Made by a program: the position numbers and the translations under genes. Positions 50,241-59,614 of a stretch of DNA of 64,000 nt are shown here, piece by piece; positions within the stretch are counted from its first letter, which is position 1; the number at the start of each line of letters is the position of its first letter. The DNA comes from an uncultured Candidatus Saccharibacteria bacterium (lineage in GTDB: Bacteria; Patescibacteriota; Saccharimonadia; Saccharimonadales; JBBQAJ01). Under the pieces are notes generated by a model. The model was not told the origin of the DNA. It was given only the letters and a program-made list of their open reading frames with translations, and ran no database searches. Where the stretch lies: positions 321,516 through 385,515 of the forward strand of contig CAZQHP010000001.1 in the NCBI GenBank assembly GCA_964593805.1. The letters are read 5' to 3'.

Positions 50241-50936
50241 ATGCAAGACCTTAATTCCTACCAAAAATTTGCCGCCGAAACCCTAGGAGTTGCTTTTAAA
50301 GACATCAATCTGCTGCTGATGGCTTTCACGCACCGCTCGTACGTAAATGAGCACAAAAAAACAACCCACGAGCACAACGAACGCCTGGAATTTTTGGGTG
50401 ATGCCGTGCTAGAGCTGGTATCTACCGAATACCTCTACGCCAACCACAGCGAACCAGAAGGGATTCTGACCAACTGGCGCAGCGCGCTGGTACGCACCGA
50501 AAGCATCGGTGCCGCCGCCGCCCGCTGCGGGTTTGAGCCGTATTTGCGCTTGAGCCGGGGGGAAAAACGTGGTTCAGACCGCGCCCGCGCCCAGATTTTG
50601 GCCAATTCATACGAAGCTGTAGTGGGCGCTATATATCTGGACCAAGGCTACGAAGCCGCCAAGGAATTTATCCATCGGACGCTCCTGGTTACGTTTAAAA
50701 CCATTTTGGAAACAGGCTCCTGGCAAGATCCCAAAAGCAGTCTGCAAGAACTGGCCCAAAGCCGCGATGGCTTTACTCCCGCCTACAAAGTTATTAGTGA
50801 AATAGGTCCCGACCACGACAAAATCTTTACCGTCGGCGCCTACATAGACGGCCAACTAAAAGGCCAGGGCACCGGCCCCAGCAAACAAGCCGCCCAGGTA
50901 GCCGCCGCCGAAGCCACCCTCAAAACCTACCAATAA
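50241..50936 (+). CDS. rnc: Ribonuclease III
   Basis: HNERLEFLGDAVL signature, dsRBD (DPKSSLQE, GPDH). Confidence 0.97.
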   Translation: MQDLNSYQKFAAETLGVAFKDINLLLMAFTHRSYVNEHKKTTHEHNERLEFLGDAVLELVSTEYLYANHSEPEGILTNWRSALVRTESIGAAAARCGFEPYLRLSRGEKRGSDRARAQILANSYEAVVGAIYLDQGYEAAKEFIHRTLLVTFKTILETGSWQDPKSSLQELAQSRDGFTPAYKVISEIGPDHDKIFTVGAYIDGQLKGQGTGPSKQAAQVAAAEATLKTYQ

Positions 50937-50996
50937 TCTGGATTAAGTCATCAGTAGCAATCCGACGAAAGCAGAGAGAGTGAGCGCTAATAGACA

Positions 50997-51025
50997 TTGA
51001 CAATATGGGCTTAGTATAGTAAAAT
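50997..51025 (+). promoter_or_regulatory. Near-consensus sigma70 promoter, likely leaderless transcript
   Basis: TTGACA-17 nt-TAAAAT, 7 nt before ATG 51033. Confidence 0.7.
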
Positions 51026-51032
51026 AAGGTTT

Positions 51033-51401
51033 ATGTGGAAATTTTTTGGCCGCGGGCACAACAACCCTAAACTACACGAATTAGAGCCTGGCAGTGAAGC
51101 CGGCGCACTTGCCAATGCCCTTGGATATGATGACGAGAAAGATATGCATCGGAATATCATCTCGATTGGTGGTGAAGCAGGAGCTTTAGTTGTTGCACGG
51201 ACGGTTACGCAAGAAGAATGTGAATGGCTCCATGAAGATGTTCAAGCCGGGGAGCTAGTATACCGGTTTGTTTTAGCAACATATGGAGTATGCAACTTAG
51301 ATGACGGTATACCTGTTAGTCGTCAGCCAAACGAATATCCGTTCTTTGAACTTCCACGCGACTCTCTTGTTGGCGAAGTAGATTATACTCAAGAAGCCTA
51401 A
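51033..51401 (+). CDS. Hypothetical protein (122 aa)
   Basis: Has its own promoter; acidic ORF with no recognised family. Confidence 0.65.
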   Translation: MWKFFGRGHNNPKLHELEPGSEAGALANALGYDDEKDMHRNIISIGGEAGALVVARTVTQEECEWLHEDVQAGELVYRFVLATYGVCNLDDGIPVSRQPNEYPFFELPRDSLVGEVDYTQEA

Positions 51402-51433
51402 GGTACAAACCTACTACTCATTCAGTAGAGCAA

Positions 51434-51479
51434 ACAGATATTTGCCCCTGTTGACAACAGGGGCGGTTATCTGTAGAAT
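51434..51479 (+). promoter_or_regulatory. rpsP promoter embedded in an inverted repeat
   Basis: TTGACA(51451)-17 nt-TAGAAT; GCCCCTGTTG-A-CAACAGGGGC centred on the -35. Confidence 0.65.
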
Positions 51480-51521
51480 AAGCATCTGTACATTAATTCA
51501 TTAAGAAGGGATTAAGCAATC

Positions 51522-52073
51522 ATGCTTGTAATTCGTATGCAGCGTACCGGCCGCAAAGGCCACGCTCAATTCCGCGTCGTAGTCCAAGACTCGCGCCGGA
51601 CCCCAACCAGTGGAAAGATTGTGGCAGCACTGGGCCACTTCAATCCACACACCAAGGAAACAGTTATAAACAAAGAAAAGGCCAGCTTTTTTCTGGAACA
51701 TGGCGCCCAGCCATCTGAGCGAGTTATTCGTTTGCTTAAAAGTGAAGGCGTGAAAATGCCCAAATGGGTAGCCGTACCAGACAAGAAAAAGGGCGATGTA
51801 CGCAATCCAGAAAAACGCCGCAGCACCCGCCCAGCAGAAGCTACTGCGCCAGTAGAGGCTGCCCCTGAAGCCCCAATTGCAGAAACCGAAGCCGAAACTT
51901 CAACAGAAGACGTAGCTGATACGGAAGCTGAAACAACTGTTGCTGACGCCGAAGCTCCTGCTACCGAATCGGAAGCGCCTGCCGAAGAAGTCGTTGCAGA
52001 CGCACCAGCAGAGCCTGCAGCTGAGAAAGTTGCCGAAGAGCCCGCCCCCGAAGCTGAAACAGAAAAAGCCTAA
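51522..52073 (+). CDS. rpsP: 30S ribosomal protein bS16 with acidic tail
   Basis: MLVIRMQRTGRK, GAQPSERV. Confidence 0.95.
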   Translation: MLVIRMQRTGRKGHAQFRVVVQDSRRTPTSGKIVAALGHFNPHTKETVINKEKASFFLEHGAQPSERVIRLLKSEGVKMPKWVAVPDKKKGDVRNPEKRRSTRPAEATAPVEAAPEAPIAETEAETSTEDVADTEAETTVADAEAPATESEAPAEEVVADAPAEPAAEKVAEEPAPEAETEKA

Positions 52074-52155
52074 GCGCCACGCAATTCTCTACCACCAACC
52101 GTGAGCAATTTGATATAATTAGAAACGACTAGAGACATTAACCGGAGGAAAATCC

Positions 52156-52650
52156 ATGAACAGCAGTATTGACCAGCAATTTATAGAATTCGTTGTCAAA
52201 TCCCTCGTCAACAATCCAGATGATGTCAGCATCGCCCGTACAATTGACGAAAAGGGCGTGTTGCTAGAACTAACCGTAAACCCAGAAGATTTAGGACGTG
52301 TCATTGGCAAACGAGGTGCCACTGCCCAGAGTTTGCGAACTTTATTGCGAGCTCTTGGTACCAAAAACGACGCCCGTTACAACCTGAAAATTGTGGACAA
52401 CGGCGAACCGCGCCCACAGCGCGAAGATAATCGCCCCGTAGCCAGCAGCGCTTCAGACGACGACCAGAGTATTGCTTCAGACGACACAACTGCCTCAGAA
52501 GATACAACCGAAGAAACGCACGAAAAGCAGGATGCTTCTAAGCAGCCAGTGGAAACCGTAGCGGACGCTTCACAAGAAGAAACAGACCACAGCGACGCGG
52601 TTAGCAAAACCCGCGCCGAGCTTGCGGACCTGGACGACCTTGATATATAA
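52156..52650 (+). CDS. khpA: KH-domain RNA-binding protein KhpA with acidic tail
   Basis: EDLGRVIGKRGATA; position after rpsP. Confidence 0.92.
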   Translation: MNSSIDQQFIEFVVKSLVNNPDDVSIARTIDEKGVLLELTVNPEDLGRVIGKRGATAQSLRTLLRALGTKNDARYNLKIVDNGEPRPQREDNRPVASSASDDDQSIASDDTTASEDTTEETHEKQDASKQPVETVADASQEETDHSDAVSKTRAELADLDDLDI

Positions 52651-52713
52651 TTAGCGAGTTAGAAACAAACAATTTAAAAGCTCTGCGAGACATTTCCGTT
52701 AAGATCAAGTGGG

Positions 52714-52743
52714 CCTGCCCACCGAAGCCTTGGCGAAGGTGGG
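52714..52743. repeat. Short hairpin element CCTGCCCACCGAAGCCTTGGCGAAGGTGGG
   Basis: CCCACC-GAA-GCC-TT-GGC-GAA-GGTGGG; single copy in the window. Confidence 0.55.
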
Positions 52744-52754
52744 AGCTTTATGTG

Positions 52755-52786
52755 ATAAAACGAACCGAGCAATCGGTTCGTTTTAT
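52755..52786. terminator. Bidirectional intrinsic terminator
   Basis: ATAAAACGAACCGA-GCAA-TCGGTTCGTTTTAT between convergent genes. Confidence 0.85.
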
Positions 52787-52811
52787 TTAAGCTATATAAA
52801 AAGCGGAGCAG

Positions 52812-53210
52812 TTAAACGACGGAACTTACTTCTACGTCTACTGCATCAAGCACAGCTACTAAAAAGCCTGCTACGCGAGCACCCTTTATTTCGCGAGTAA
52901 ATCCGCCGCCGTTTGGCCCAATTACGTCAATAGCCGTATACTCAAGCTCTCCATCAGCGTTGAATATAACCTGCATCCCCATACTTGAGACAATGTTTCT
53001 ACTTTGGCTAACATCGCCACTTTCTCTGTCTTCTATCGTTATAGTAAGTCCTTTTCGATCTTTGACAATAGCCAGACACCCCAAGTCCGCCCGTAAAGGG
53101 CTGCCAGTATTTATAAAGTCACTGTGCTCCGCAAGTGGAACATGTGCATCTAAAACCTCGTTAGCACGAGTTTGTAGTTCATGGGCAGCTATATCTTTAT
53201 CAAAAGGCAT
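52812..53210 (-). CDS. Hypothetical protein (132 aa)
   Basis: AGGAG SD before ATG 53210; ends beside the terminator. Confidence 0.65.
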   Translation of the reverse strand: MPFDKDIAAHELQTRANEVLDAHVPLAEHSDFINTGSPLRADLGCLAIVKDRKGLTITIEDRESGDVSQSRNIVSSMGMQVIFNADGELEYTAIDVIGPNGGGFTREIKGARVAGFLVAVLDAVDVEVSSVV

Positions 53211-53264
53211 AAAGACTCCTATTAATTTGTACATAATACCACAAAATGCTAAACTAGGCAATAC

Positions 53265-53915
53265 ATGTTAATTCAAATTATTTCACTGTTTCCAGAGATG
53301 TTTCCGCCCGTGCTGGAAACCAGCATGCTGTGGAAGGCCAAAGACAAGGGAATTGTAGAGTACCACTACATAAATCTGCGGGATTTTGGGCTGGGCAAGC
53401 GCAAAACCGTGGATGACACGCCTTATGGCGGCGGCGACGGCATGTTGCTCAAACCGGAACCGCTAGTTGCTGCCATTGAACTGGCCAAAGCTAACGACCC
53501 CGAAGCGATTGTAATTCTTCCTACGCCGCGCGGGAAATTGTACAAACAGTCTGACGCCAAACAGCTGGCGGCCGACAGCAAAGGACTTATTCTGGTCTGT
53601 GCCCGCTACGAAGGCTACGATGAGCGGGTTACAAAATGGGTTGACCAACAGTATTGCATTGGCAACTACGTGCTGACAGGCGGGGAACTGCCCGCCATGG
53701 CCATTATAGACAGCGTGGTGCGCTTGCTTCCGGGCGTTTTGGGCGGAGAAGCGTCGGCAGAAATTGAATCTTTCCAGCAAGATGACAAAACCGTAGAATT
53801 CCCCCAATACACCCGCCCGGAAAATTTCCGCGGCATGAAAGTGCCAGATGTGCTGCTAAACGGCCACCACGCCGAAATAGCCAAATGGCGCAAAGAAAAC
53901 GGTAAAAAGCTGTGA
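53265..53915 (+). CDS. trmD: tRNA (guanine37-N1) methyltransferase
   Basis: VDDTPYGGGDGM, RYEGYDER, IGNYVLTGGELPA, PQYTRP. Confidence 0.97.
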   Translation: MLIQIISLFPEMFPPVLETSMLWKAKDKGIVEYHYINLRDFGLGKRKTVDDTPYGGGDGMLLKPEPLVAAIELAKANDPEAIVILPTPRGKLYKQSDAKQLAADSKGLILVCARYEGYDERVTKWVDQQYCIGNYVLTGGELPAMAIIDSVVRLLPGVLGGEASAEIESFQQDDKTVEFPQYTRPENFRGMKVPDVLLNGHHAEIAKWRKENGKKL

Positions 53916-54673
53916 GTTTGTATTCTTCAGAAGAAGCATTGCAAGAAGTTGCACAACAAGAGCGGGAATTACTGGATAAAACAGATCTTTTACAGCCACT
54001 GCGCCCACAGGAATGCTGGGCTGGCCGCTTGATCTTGCGCCAGAGTGCCCTAACCACTCCGGCTTTGGGTAATTTTCCAGCTGACTCGCGATATATTCCA
54101 GGCAACGGAAATGTCGAAATAACTTATGATGCACTTACTGTAGACGGTCTGGTCACTCATTATACTGAAGGTGATGATCGGGTTGAAGACTTGATTCAAC
54201 GTGCCTACATAGGTGCCGGATTGGCCAGAATGTTGTTTTTAACTCAAGGTGCCGCAATGGCCCCTAGGCGCAAATTGGGAAAATTTATGAAAGTTATGTC
54301 AGAAGAAGATAAGTTGGCGGGAAGGCTCTATGAAACATTGGATCTTCAGCCCGGAGAAGGCGTGCTACGCAAGCTTATCAATGATGCAGATGCCGCAGCA
54401 CAGATAAATGGTTTAAGATTATCGCTCGGCATATGGAAGGAAGCCCATGGTGATGACGAATATGCCAAAGGGCTAGAAGCTGTTTTCCGAAATAGCCTAA
54501 CAAATCGTTTGGCTAGTAAGCCTCAGTATGTGCAATTTGCTACCAAAATTTTCAAAGTAGACGATGTAGGAGCAGAAGATACGTTTGCCGAGTATATTGC
54601 CGATATACAAATTGCCGGAGCGTGTCCAATGGGCCGAGAAGAACTTGAACAGGCAATAGCTCTGCTGACGTAG
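53912..54673 (+). CDS. Hypothetical protein (253 aa)
   Basis: GTGA overlap with trmD; no recognised family. Confidence 0.7.
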   Translation: MSLYSSEEALQEVAQQERELLDKTDLLQPLRPQECWAGRLILRQSALTTPALGNFPADSRYIPGNGNVEITYDALTVDGLVTHYTEGDDRVEDLIQRAYIGAGLARMLFLTQGAAMAPRRKLGKFMKVMSEEDKLAGRLYETLDLQPGEGVLRKLINDADAAAQINGLRLSLGIWKEAHGDDEYAKGLEAVFRNSLTNRLASKPQYVQFATKIFKVDDVGAEDTFAEYIADIQIAGACPMGREELEQAIALLT

Positions 54674-54710
54674 TAAGATATACTAGTAAGTATCTGAAAA
54701 GGAGGGTTTC

Positions 54711-55088
54711 ATGTTCAAGATTAAACCGGTTTACGCACATTGTGATTTGCCTTGCGGGGTGTATGACCCGGCGCAGGCCAAGATTGAAGCTCAGAGCGTG
54801 CTAGCGATTCAAGAAAAGATGAAAGACTTTGACAATGATAATCGCGTCAGAGCCATACTTATAAAAGAACAGCGGGCAGAGCTGGTAAAACACCACCTGT
54901 GGGTACTGTGGACGGATTATTTCAAACCAGAACACCTAGAAAAATACCCGGATTTGCATGACAAATTCTGGCAGGCCACCAAGCAGGCCGGCGAATGCAA
55001 GCACCACTCTGAACCGGCCGAAGGCAAAAAACTACTGGCAATGATAGATGAAATATCAGAAATCTTCTGGGCCACCAAGAAAGCTTAA
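54711..55088 (+). CDS. sodN: Nickel superoxide dismutase
   Basis: 9-aa prosequence, then the Ni-hook HCDLPCGVYDPAQA; LWVLWTDYFK; GGAGG SD. Confidence 0.96.
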   Translation: MFKIKPVYAHCDLPCGVYDPAQAKIEAQSVLAIQEKMKDFDNDNRVRAILIKEQRAELVKHHLWVLWTDYFKPEHLEKYPDLHDKFWQATKQAGECKHHSEPAEGKKLLAMIDEISEIFWATKKA

Positions 55089-55089
55089 G

Positions 55090-55380
55090 ATGCCAATATT
55101 GATCAGACGTGTCGTTGGGCATAGCATGGTGCCGGTTTTACCGCCAAAAACATTAGTGTTTGGTTTTCGTCATTTCCGAAATCTCCAACCAGGCAATGTG
55201 GTTGTGGTGAACCACAATGGCAAAGAAAAAATTAAACGGATAAGCGAACTCAAAGACAATCAGATATTTCTGCTGGGCGATCACCCGGAAACCAGCACCG
55301 ATAGCCGGCACTTTGGCTGGCTGCCAGTAGCCGTAGTAAAAGCCAAAATTATCTGGCCGCGCACCAAACTAGGGAGCTAG
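55090..55380 (+). CDS. sodX: NiSOD maturation protease (S26)
   Basis: GHSMVP Ser, KIKR Lys, GD..STDSRHFG; follows sodN. Confidence 0.9.
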   Translation: MPILIRRVVGHSMVPVLPPKTLVFGFRHFRNLQPGNVVVVNHNGKEKIKRISELKDNQIFLLGDHPETSTDSRHFGWLPVAVVKAKIIWPRTKLGS

Positions 55381-55381
55381 T

Positions 55382-56581
55382 TCAGGCGTCGAGGTTTATG
55401 ATTTTTGAGTTGCAAATTCGGCAAGATTCCTCCTGGTCGTCTTCGGCAACCCAGCGCTTGCTGGCCAATTGCCATGGCTGGTAATCGTGATAAGCAATCA
55501 GGTCAGCCAAAGAGCGCAAAAGCCAGCCGATTTTTCCATACAGGCGTATTTGGCCCCATAATACGGCCGCCCAGTGGTGGCCAGCCGGGAAAACATAAAT
55601 TGGTTTTTTGGCGTGGTAAGGTTTGGGCTCTTGCTTGCTTGCCAGGCGTTTTAAGTTAGCGCTTACGAATTTGCCATCAAATAAAGCCGTTTGCGCCATG
55701 CCGCTGTACGGGGTATCGGAGTTGTCTCCAATGATATATATTCCTGGTTCGGTTTGTAGAAATTGATCCACGCGGACTCGGCCGTTTTTGGCCAGCTGAA
55801 ACTCTTGTTTGGCAAAAAATGGATGGTTTGACACGCCAGCCGTCCATATGACCGTGTGGCTGCGGATAGGTTTGTTGTCCACCATCAGCGAATCGGCGGT
55901 CTGGGCCTGAACCGCGGTGCCCAGGTACAATTTCACTCCCTTTTTGCGGAGCTGTCTGGCAATCCGCCTAGAGACGTCTTTTGGCATGCGCGGAACCAGG
56001 CGCGGCGCGGCTTCTACCAGATCCACATGGATAGCTCGCTTGCCCAAACCGTGCTGTTTGGCGATTTGCCGCAAGTAAGACGGCAACACGCCCGCCAGCT
56101 CAATCCCGGTCGGTCCGCCGCCGACCACTACATAGTTAAGGTCTAGTTTTTGGGTGGCAATCATTTGCTCGTGCAAATGAGCTTTCAGCTCCTCCGCGTC
56201 GGCGTTGGTTTTGATGCCGTAAGACAACTCTTTCAAACCGTCAATATTGAAATAATTGGTTTTTACTCCCATGGCCAATACCAGCGCTTCATAGCCTACT
56301 ACGTGGCCAACTTTGGTTTTCACGGTGTGAGCCTGGCGGTTCACGCTCACAACCCGGTCGTTCAGAACGTGCACGCGCTTGCCGTCAAAAATTTCACCCA
56401 GAGGTATAGAAGATATCATGCGGCGCCCGCCGGTAGCGGTACGGTAAAGGGTCGGGTAATACCGAAAATCGGTGTGGTCAGATATGAGCGTGACGTGGAA
56501 GCGCCGGTCATCGGCAAGCTCCAAAGCGGCTTTGACGCCGCCAAACCCGCCCCCTACAATCACAACTCGGTGTTTGCTCAT
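55382..56581 (-). CDS. ndh: Type II NADH:quinone oxidoreductase
   Basis: VGGGFGG, VGGGPTGIELAG, VEAAPR, WTAGV, IGD, AQTA. Confidence 0.88.
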   Translation of the reverse strand: MSKHRVVIVGGGFGGVKAALELADDRRFHVTLISDHTDFRYYPTLYRTATGGRRMISSIPLGEIFDGKRVHVLNDRVVSVNRQAHTVKTKVGHVVGYEALVLAMGVKTNYFNIDGLKELSYGIKTNADAEELKAHLHEQMIATQKLDLNYVVVGGGPTGIELAGVLPSYLRQIAKQHGLGKRAIHVDLVEAAPRLVPRMPKDVSRRIARQLRKKGVKLYLGTAVQAQTADSLMVDNKPIRSHTVIWTAGVSNHPFFAKQEFQLAKNGRVRVDQFLQTEPGIYIIGDNSDTPYSGMAQTALFDGKFVSANLKRLASKQEPKPYHAKKPIYVFPAGHHWAAVLWGQIRLYGKIGWLLRSLADLIAYHDYQPWQLASKRWVAEDDQEESCRICNSKIINLDA

Positions 56582-56674
56582 AATTTCTCTGTTTTATAGG
56601 CCATGTCGTTATCTGTTTTGATTGTAACATAACGCTTATGATTTGGCCTCCAAGTTATGGTAAGCTGGAGCGGT

Positions 56675-58333
56675 ATGGACAACCTAAAACAGAAGCTCCA
56701 GAATCTTGGGTTTAGAGGCGAAGTGGATACCACTGCGGCCCGCCGCGACTTTTATAGCCACGACGCCAGTATGTTTGAGCTGATGCCAGAGGCAATTGTC
56801 TTTCCCAAAGACAGTGGGGATGTAAAAAAACTCGTCAGTTTTATAGCAGACGCCAAAAAAGCCGGCAACAAGCATATTTCCCTGACCGCTAGATCGGCCG
56901 GGACTGACATGAGCGGCGGCGCCATAAACCAGTCCATCATTATGGACATGGCCAGGCATTTTGACCAAATTTTTGAAGCGGACAAAAACTCCGCGCATGC
57001 CCAGCCCGGCGTTTACTACCGCGACTTTGAGGCCGAAACGCTGAAACACGGCGCCCTTATGCCCAGCTATCCTGCCAGCAGAGAACTTTGTACTATCGGC
57101 GGCATGGTTTCCAACAATGCCGGCGGCGAAAAATCCCTGCAGTACGGGAAGACTGAAAAGTTTGTGACCGGGCTCAAAGTAGTTTTTTCAGATGGCAATG
57201 AATACATCGTCAAGCCTCTAGACAAACCAGGGCTCGAAAAAAAGATGGCTCAAAAGGACTTTGAAGGCAAGCTGTACCGCGAAGTTTTTGCGCTGGTTGA
57301 CGGCCACTATGACGCCATCAAAGCCGCGCGGCCGCGCGTCAGCAAAGATTCTACCGGCTACCACCTATGGAACGTCTGGGACAGAGAAACGGGCGTATTT
57401 GATCTGAACCAAATTATCGTTGGCTCCCAGGGCACGCTCGGCGTAGTCACCGACATTCATTTCCGTTTGGTGCCCGCCCCTAAACATTCTGGAACACTGG
57501 TGGTTTTTCTGCGCGACATCTCTCAGCTGGGCGATCTGATTAACCAGGTGCTGCGGCACAAACCTGCCACGTTTGAGGGCTTTGACAACTATACTTTGAT
57601 GCTTAGTTTCAAACTTTTTTACTATTTTCACCAAACGCTCGGCTGGTGGGGGATGATCAAGCTCGGGTTTCAGCTTATACCAGACGCCCTGATGTTATTT
57701 AGGGGCATACCAAAAATGGTTTTACTGATTGAATTTAACGGCGAAACGCCGGAGGACGTTGCCGCCAAAGTCCACAAAATGCGCCAGGATCTGCACCCCT
57801 TTGATAGCAAAGAGTCGTATGAAGAAGATGCCACCGAAGCCAAAGCCCACAAGTTTTGGATTATGCGGCGCGAAAGCTTTAATTTGCTTCGCAAAAAGGT
57901 ACATGACAAACACACAGCGCCGTTTATTGACGATCTGGTAGTCCCGCCGGAACATTTGCAAAGTTTTCTGCCCGAACTGCGCCGCGTAATCAACAAATAT
58001 AAACTACTGGCAACCGTGGCCGGGCACATGGGCGACGGTAATTTTCACGTCATCCCGCTCATGAATATTGAAGAGCAGGCAGAACGCATGAAGCTGGAAC
58101 CGTGTATGCGGGAAGTAAACGCGTTGGTGCTGAAATACGGCGGCAGTTTGAGCGGCGAGCACAACGACGGCATGACCCGCGGCCCGTGGCTGTCCCAAAT
58201 GTACCCGCCCGAAATCATGGGCTATTTCAGAGACGTGAAAAAGCTGTTTGACCCGCATAATATCTTCAACCCGCACAAAAAAACCGACGCCAAGTGGGAT
58301 TTTTCTATCTCTCATATCCGTGAACACTTCTAG
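56675..58333 (+). CDS. FAD-linked oxidoreductase (GlcD/D-lactate dehydrogenase family), paralog of 29479
   Basis: RSAGTDMSGG, TIGGMVSNNAGG, GHMGDGNFH, SGEHNDG. Confidence 0.9.
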   Translation: MDNLKQKLQNLGFRGEVDTTAARRDFYSHDASMFELMPEAIVFPKDSGDVKKLVSFIADAKKAGNKHISLTARSAGTDMSGGAINQSIIMDMARHFDQIFEADKNSAHAQPGVYYRDFEAETLKHGALMPSYPASRELCTIGGMVSNNAGGEKSLQYGKTEKFVTGLKVVFSDGNEYIVKPLDKPGLEKKMAQKDFEGKLYREVFALVDGHYDAIKAARPRVSKDSTGYHLWNVWDRETGVFDLNQIIVGSQGTLGVVTDIHFRLVPAPKHSGTLVVFLRDISQLGDLINQVLRHKPATFEGFDNYTLMLSFKLFYYFHQTLGWWGMIKLGFQLIPDALMLFRGIPKMVLLIEFNGETPEDVAAKVHKMRQDLHPFDSKESYEEDATEAKAHKFWIMRRESFNLLRKKVHDKHTAPFIDDLVVPPEHLQSFLPELRRVINKYKLLATVAGHMGDGNFHVIPLMNIEEQAERMKLEPCMREVNALVLKYGGSLSGEHNDGMTRGPWLSQMYPPEIMGYFRDVKKLFDPHNIFNPHKKTDAKWDFSISHIREHF

Positions 58334-59614
58334 TTAAGGCGCCTTGGCCGCAGCAAGCTGCAAACTCCCTTTGGCTAGTTCAAGTACAACTTTCCCGATG
58401 CGGTAGGTGATTGGTTTCATGGCGTCTTCTAGAAAAGGATTGAACGGCTGGATGGGTAATAGCTCGGGCTGGTTGTCCTGCCGAGCAAGTTGAGCCAGGT
58501 AGCGCAGGGCTTGGACCAAAAACTCCAAATCATGCCGGGTGATAAATTCTAACAGTACTTCCCGAGGGTTTTGGTAGCCGATAAGCCGCAACAAGCCCAG
58601 TAGTTTCTGAGTTATTTCGGGCGTAATGCCCGCCGCTCTACGTTCTACGCCTGGAGCATTGATTCGAGAAAAAGACTCATGCAGCGTATGTACTAACATA
58701 GTCACATCTTCGTTTTCGTCAGGCACTTCCTGCAGTAGCGAAACCAGGCAAACCAAGCTTTCTTCTAGCGGCTTCTCATTGGCGACGGCTCTTATTTCGT
58801 CTATCTCCAAGAAAACTTCAGGCTCATCCCGCGCCATTACAAATTCTTCAAATGTATTTTTCATAACAGGTTCTGAAATTTCTTGACTGAATAAAACAAC
58901 TTGATCTTCCAGTAAGCTAAGCTCCTGTGCGCCAGCAAGTTCAGGTTCGGGTGCTTGCTCTATAGTTACTAGGTCAAGAAGTTGCATAAAAGTTTCTAGC
59001 GTTTCGTCGTCAAAAATGACTTCGCTGTTCAGGGACATACCGGTTTCTGTCCTGTCAAAACCTACTGGTAATAATTCTACTGGCAGTTCCACGTTCTCAA
59101 AATCTAGGGTTTCAGGTTGATTGAGGGGTTCGTAAATCACTTCTTTGGCAGGTAGTGCTGGCTCGGAACTGGCATATGCACGTTCGAGGCTTGTTTTAGC
59201 CGGAACCTGAGTAAATGTTGCTCCCGCCGTCTGTTTTCTTTCCTTTAGAGCAGTTACTGGCTTAGTTGCAAAAGGAGCAGTATTTTTCGGACGGGATTTA
59301 GGCTCTACGACTACCCGAGGAACGGGGGGCTTAATTTCTACTAAATGTTTTTTGATGGAAGGTTTTTCTGCTTTGATTGGCTTTTGTTTTGTGGTTTGTT
59401 CGACAGGTCTTTGCGAGTCATCACTCATATGTTTTTTTAAGGAGGCAGCAACAGCTTCCGCCTCCCGGCTGCGAGCAGGAGTTTGCTTTAGCATTTCTGT
59501 AGATTTAGCAAAAGGTGCAATCTTTAAACTAGGCTCCTGAAGAATGACTTTCTCGGGGACTATGCGCTTAACTGATTCTGGGGTTAGCGACTCGGCTGCG
59601 GAGCTAGTTTTTTT
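58334..59614 (-). CDS. Hypothetical protein, downstream (-1 frame) part of a putative frameshifted gene
   Basis: Frame stays open 40 codons above ATG 59494, up to the A9 run; TAA at 59615-59617. Confidence 0.6.
   Translation of the reverse strand, partial: KKTSSAAESLTPESVKRIVPEKVILQEPSLKIAPFAKSTEMLKQTPARSREAEAVAASLKKHMSDDSQRPVEQTTKQKPIKAEKPSIKKHLVEIKPPVPRVVVEPKSRPKNTAPFATKPVTALKERKQTAGATFTQVPAKTSLERAYASSEPALPAKEVIYEPLNQPETLDFENVELPVELLPVGFDRTETGMSLNSEVIFDDETLETFMQLLDLVTIEQAPEPELAGAQELSLLEDQVVLFSQEISEPVMKNTFEEFVMARDEPEVFLEIDEIRAVANEKPLEESLVCLVSLLQEVPDENEDVTMLVHTLHESFSRINAPGVERRAAGITPEITQKLLGLLRLIGYQNPREVLLEFITRHDLEFLVQALRYLAQLARQDNQPELLPIQPFNPFLEDAMKPITYRIGKVVLELAKGSLQLAAAKAP

Noticed and set aside
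50937-50996. Hammerhead-like words (CTGATGA on the minus strand, GACGAAA on the plus strand)
   Set aside because: The two core elements are on opposite strands and no stems I-III can be built.
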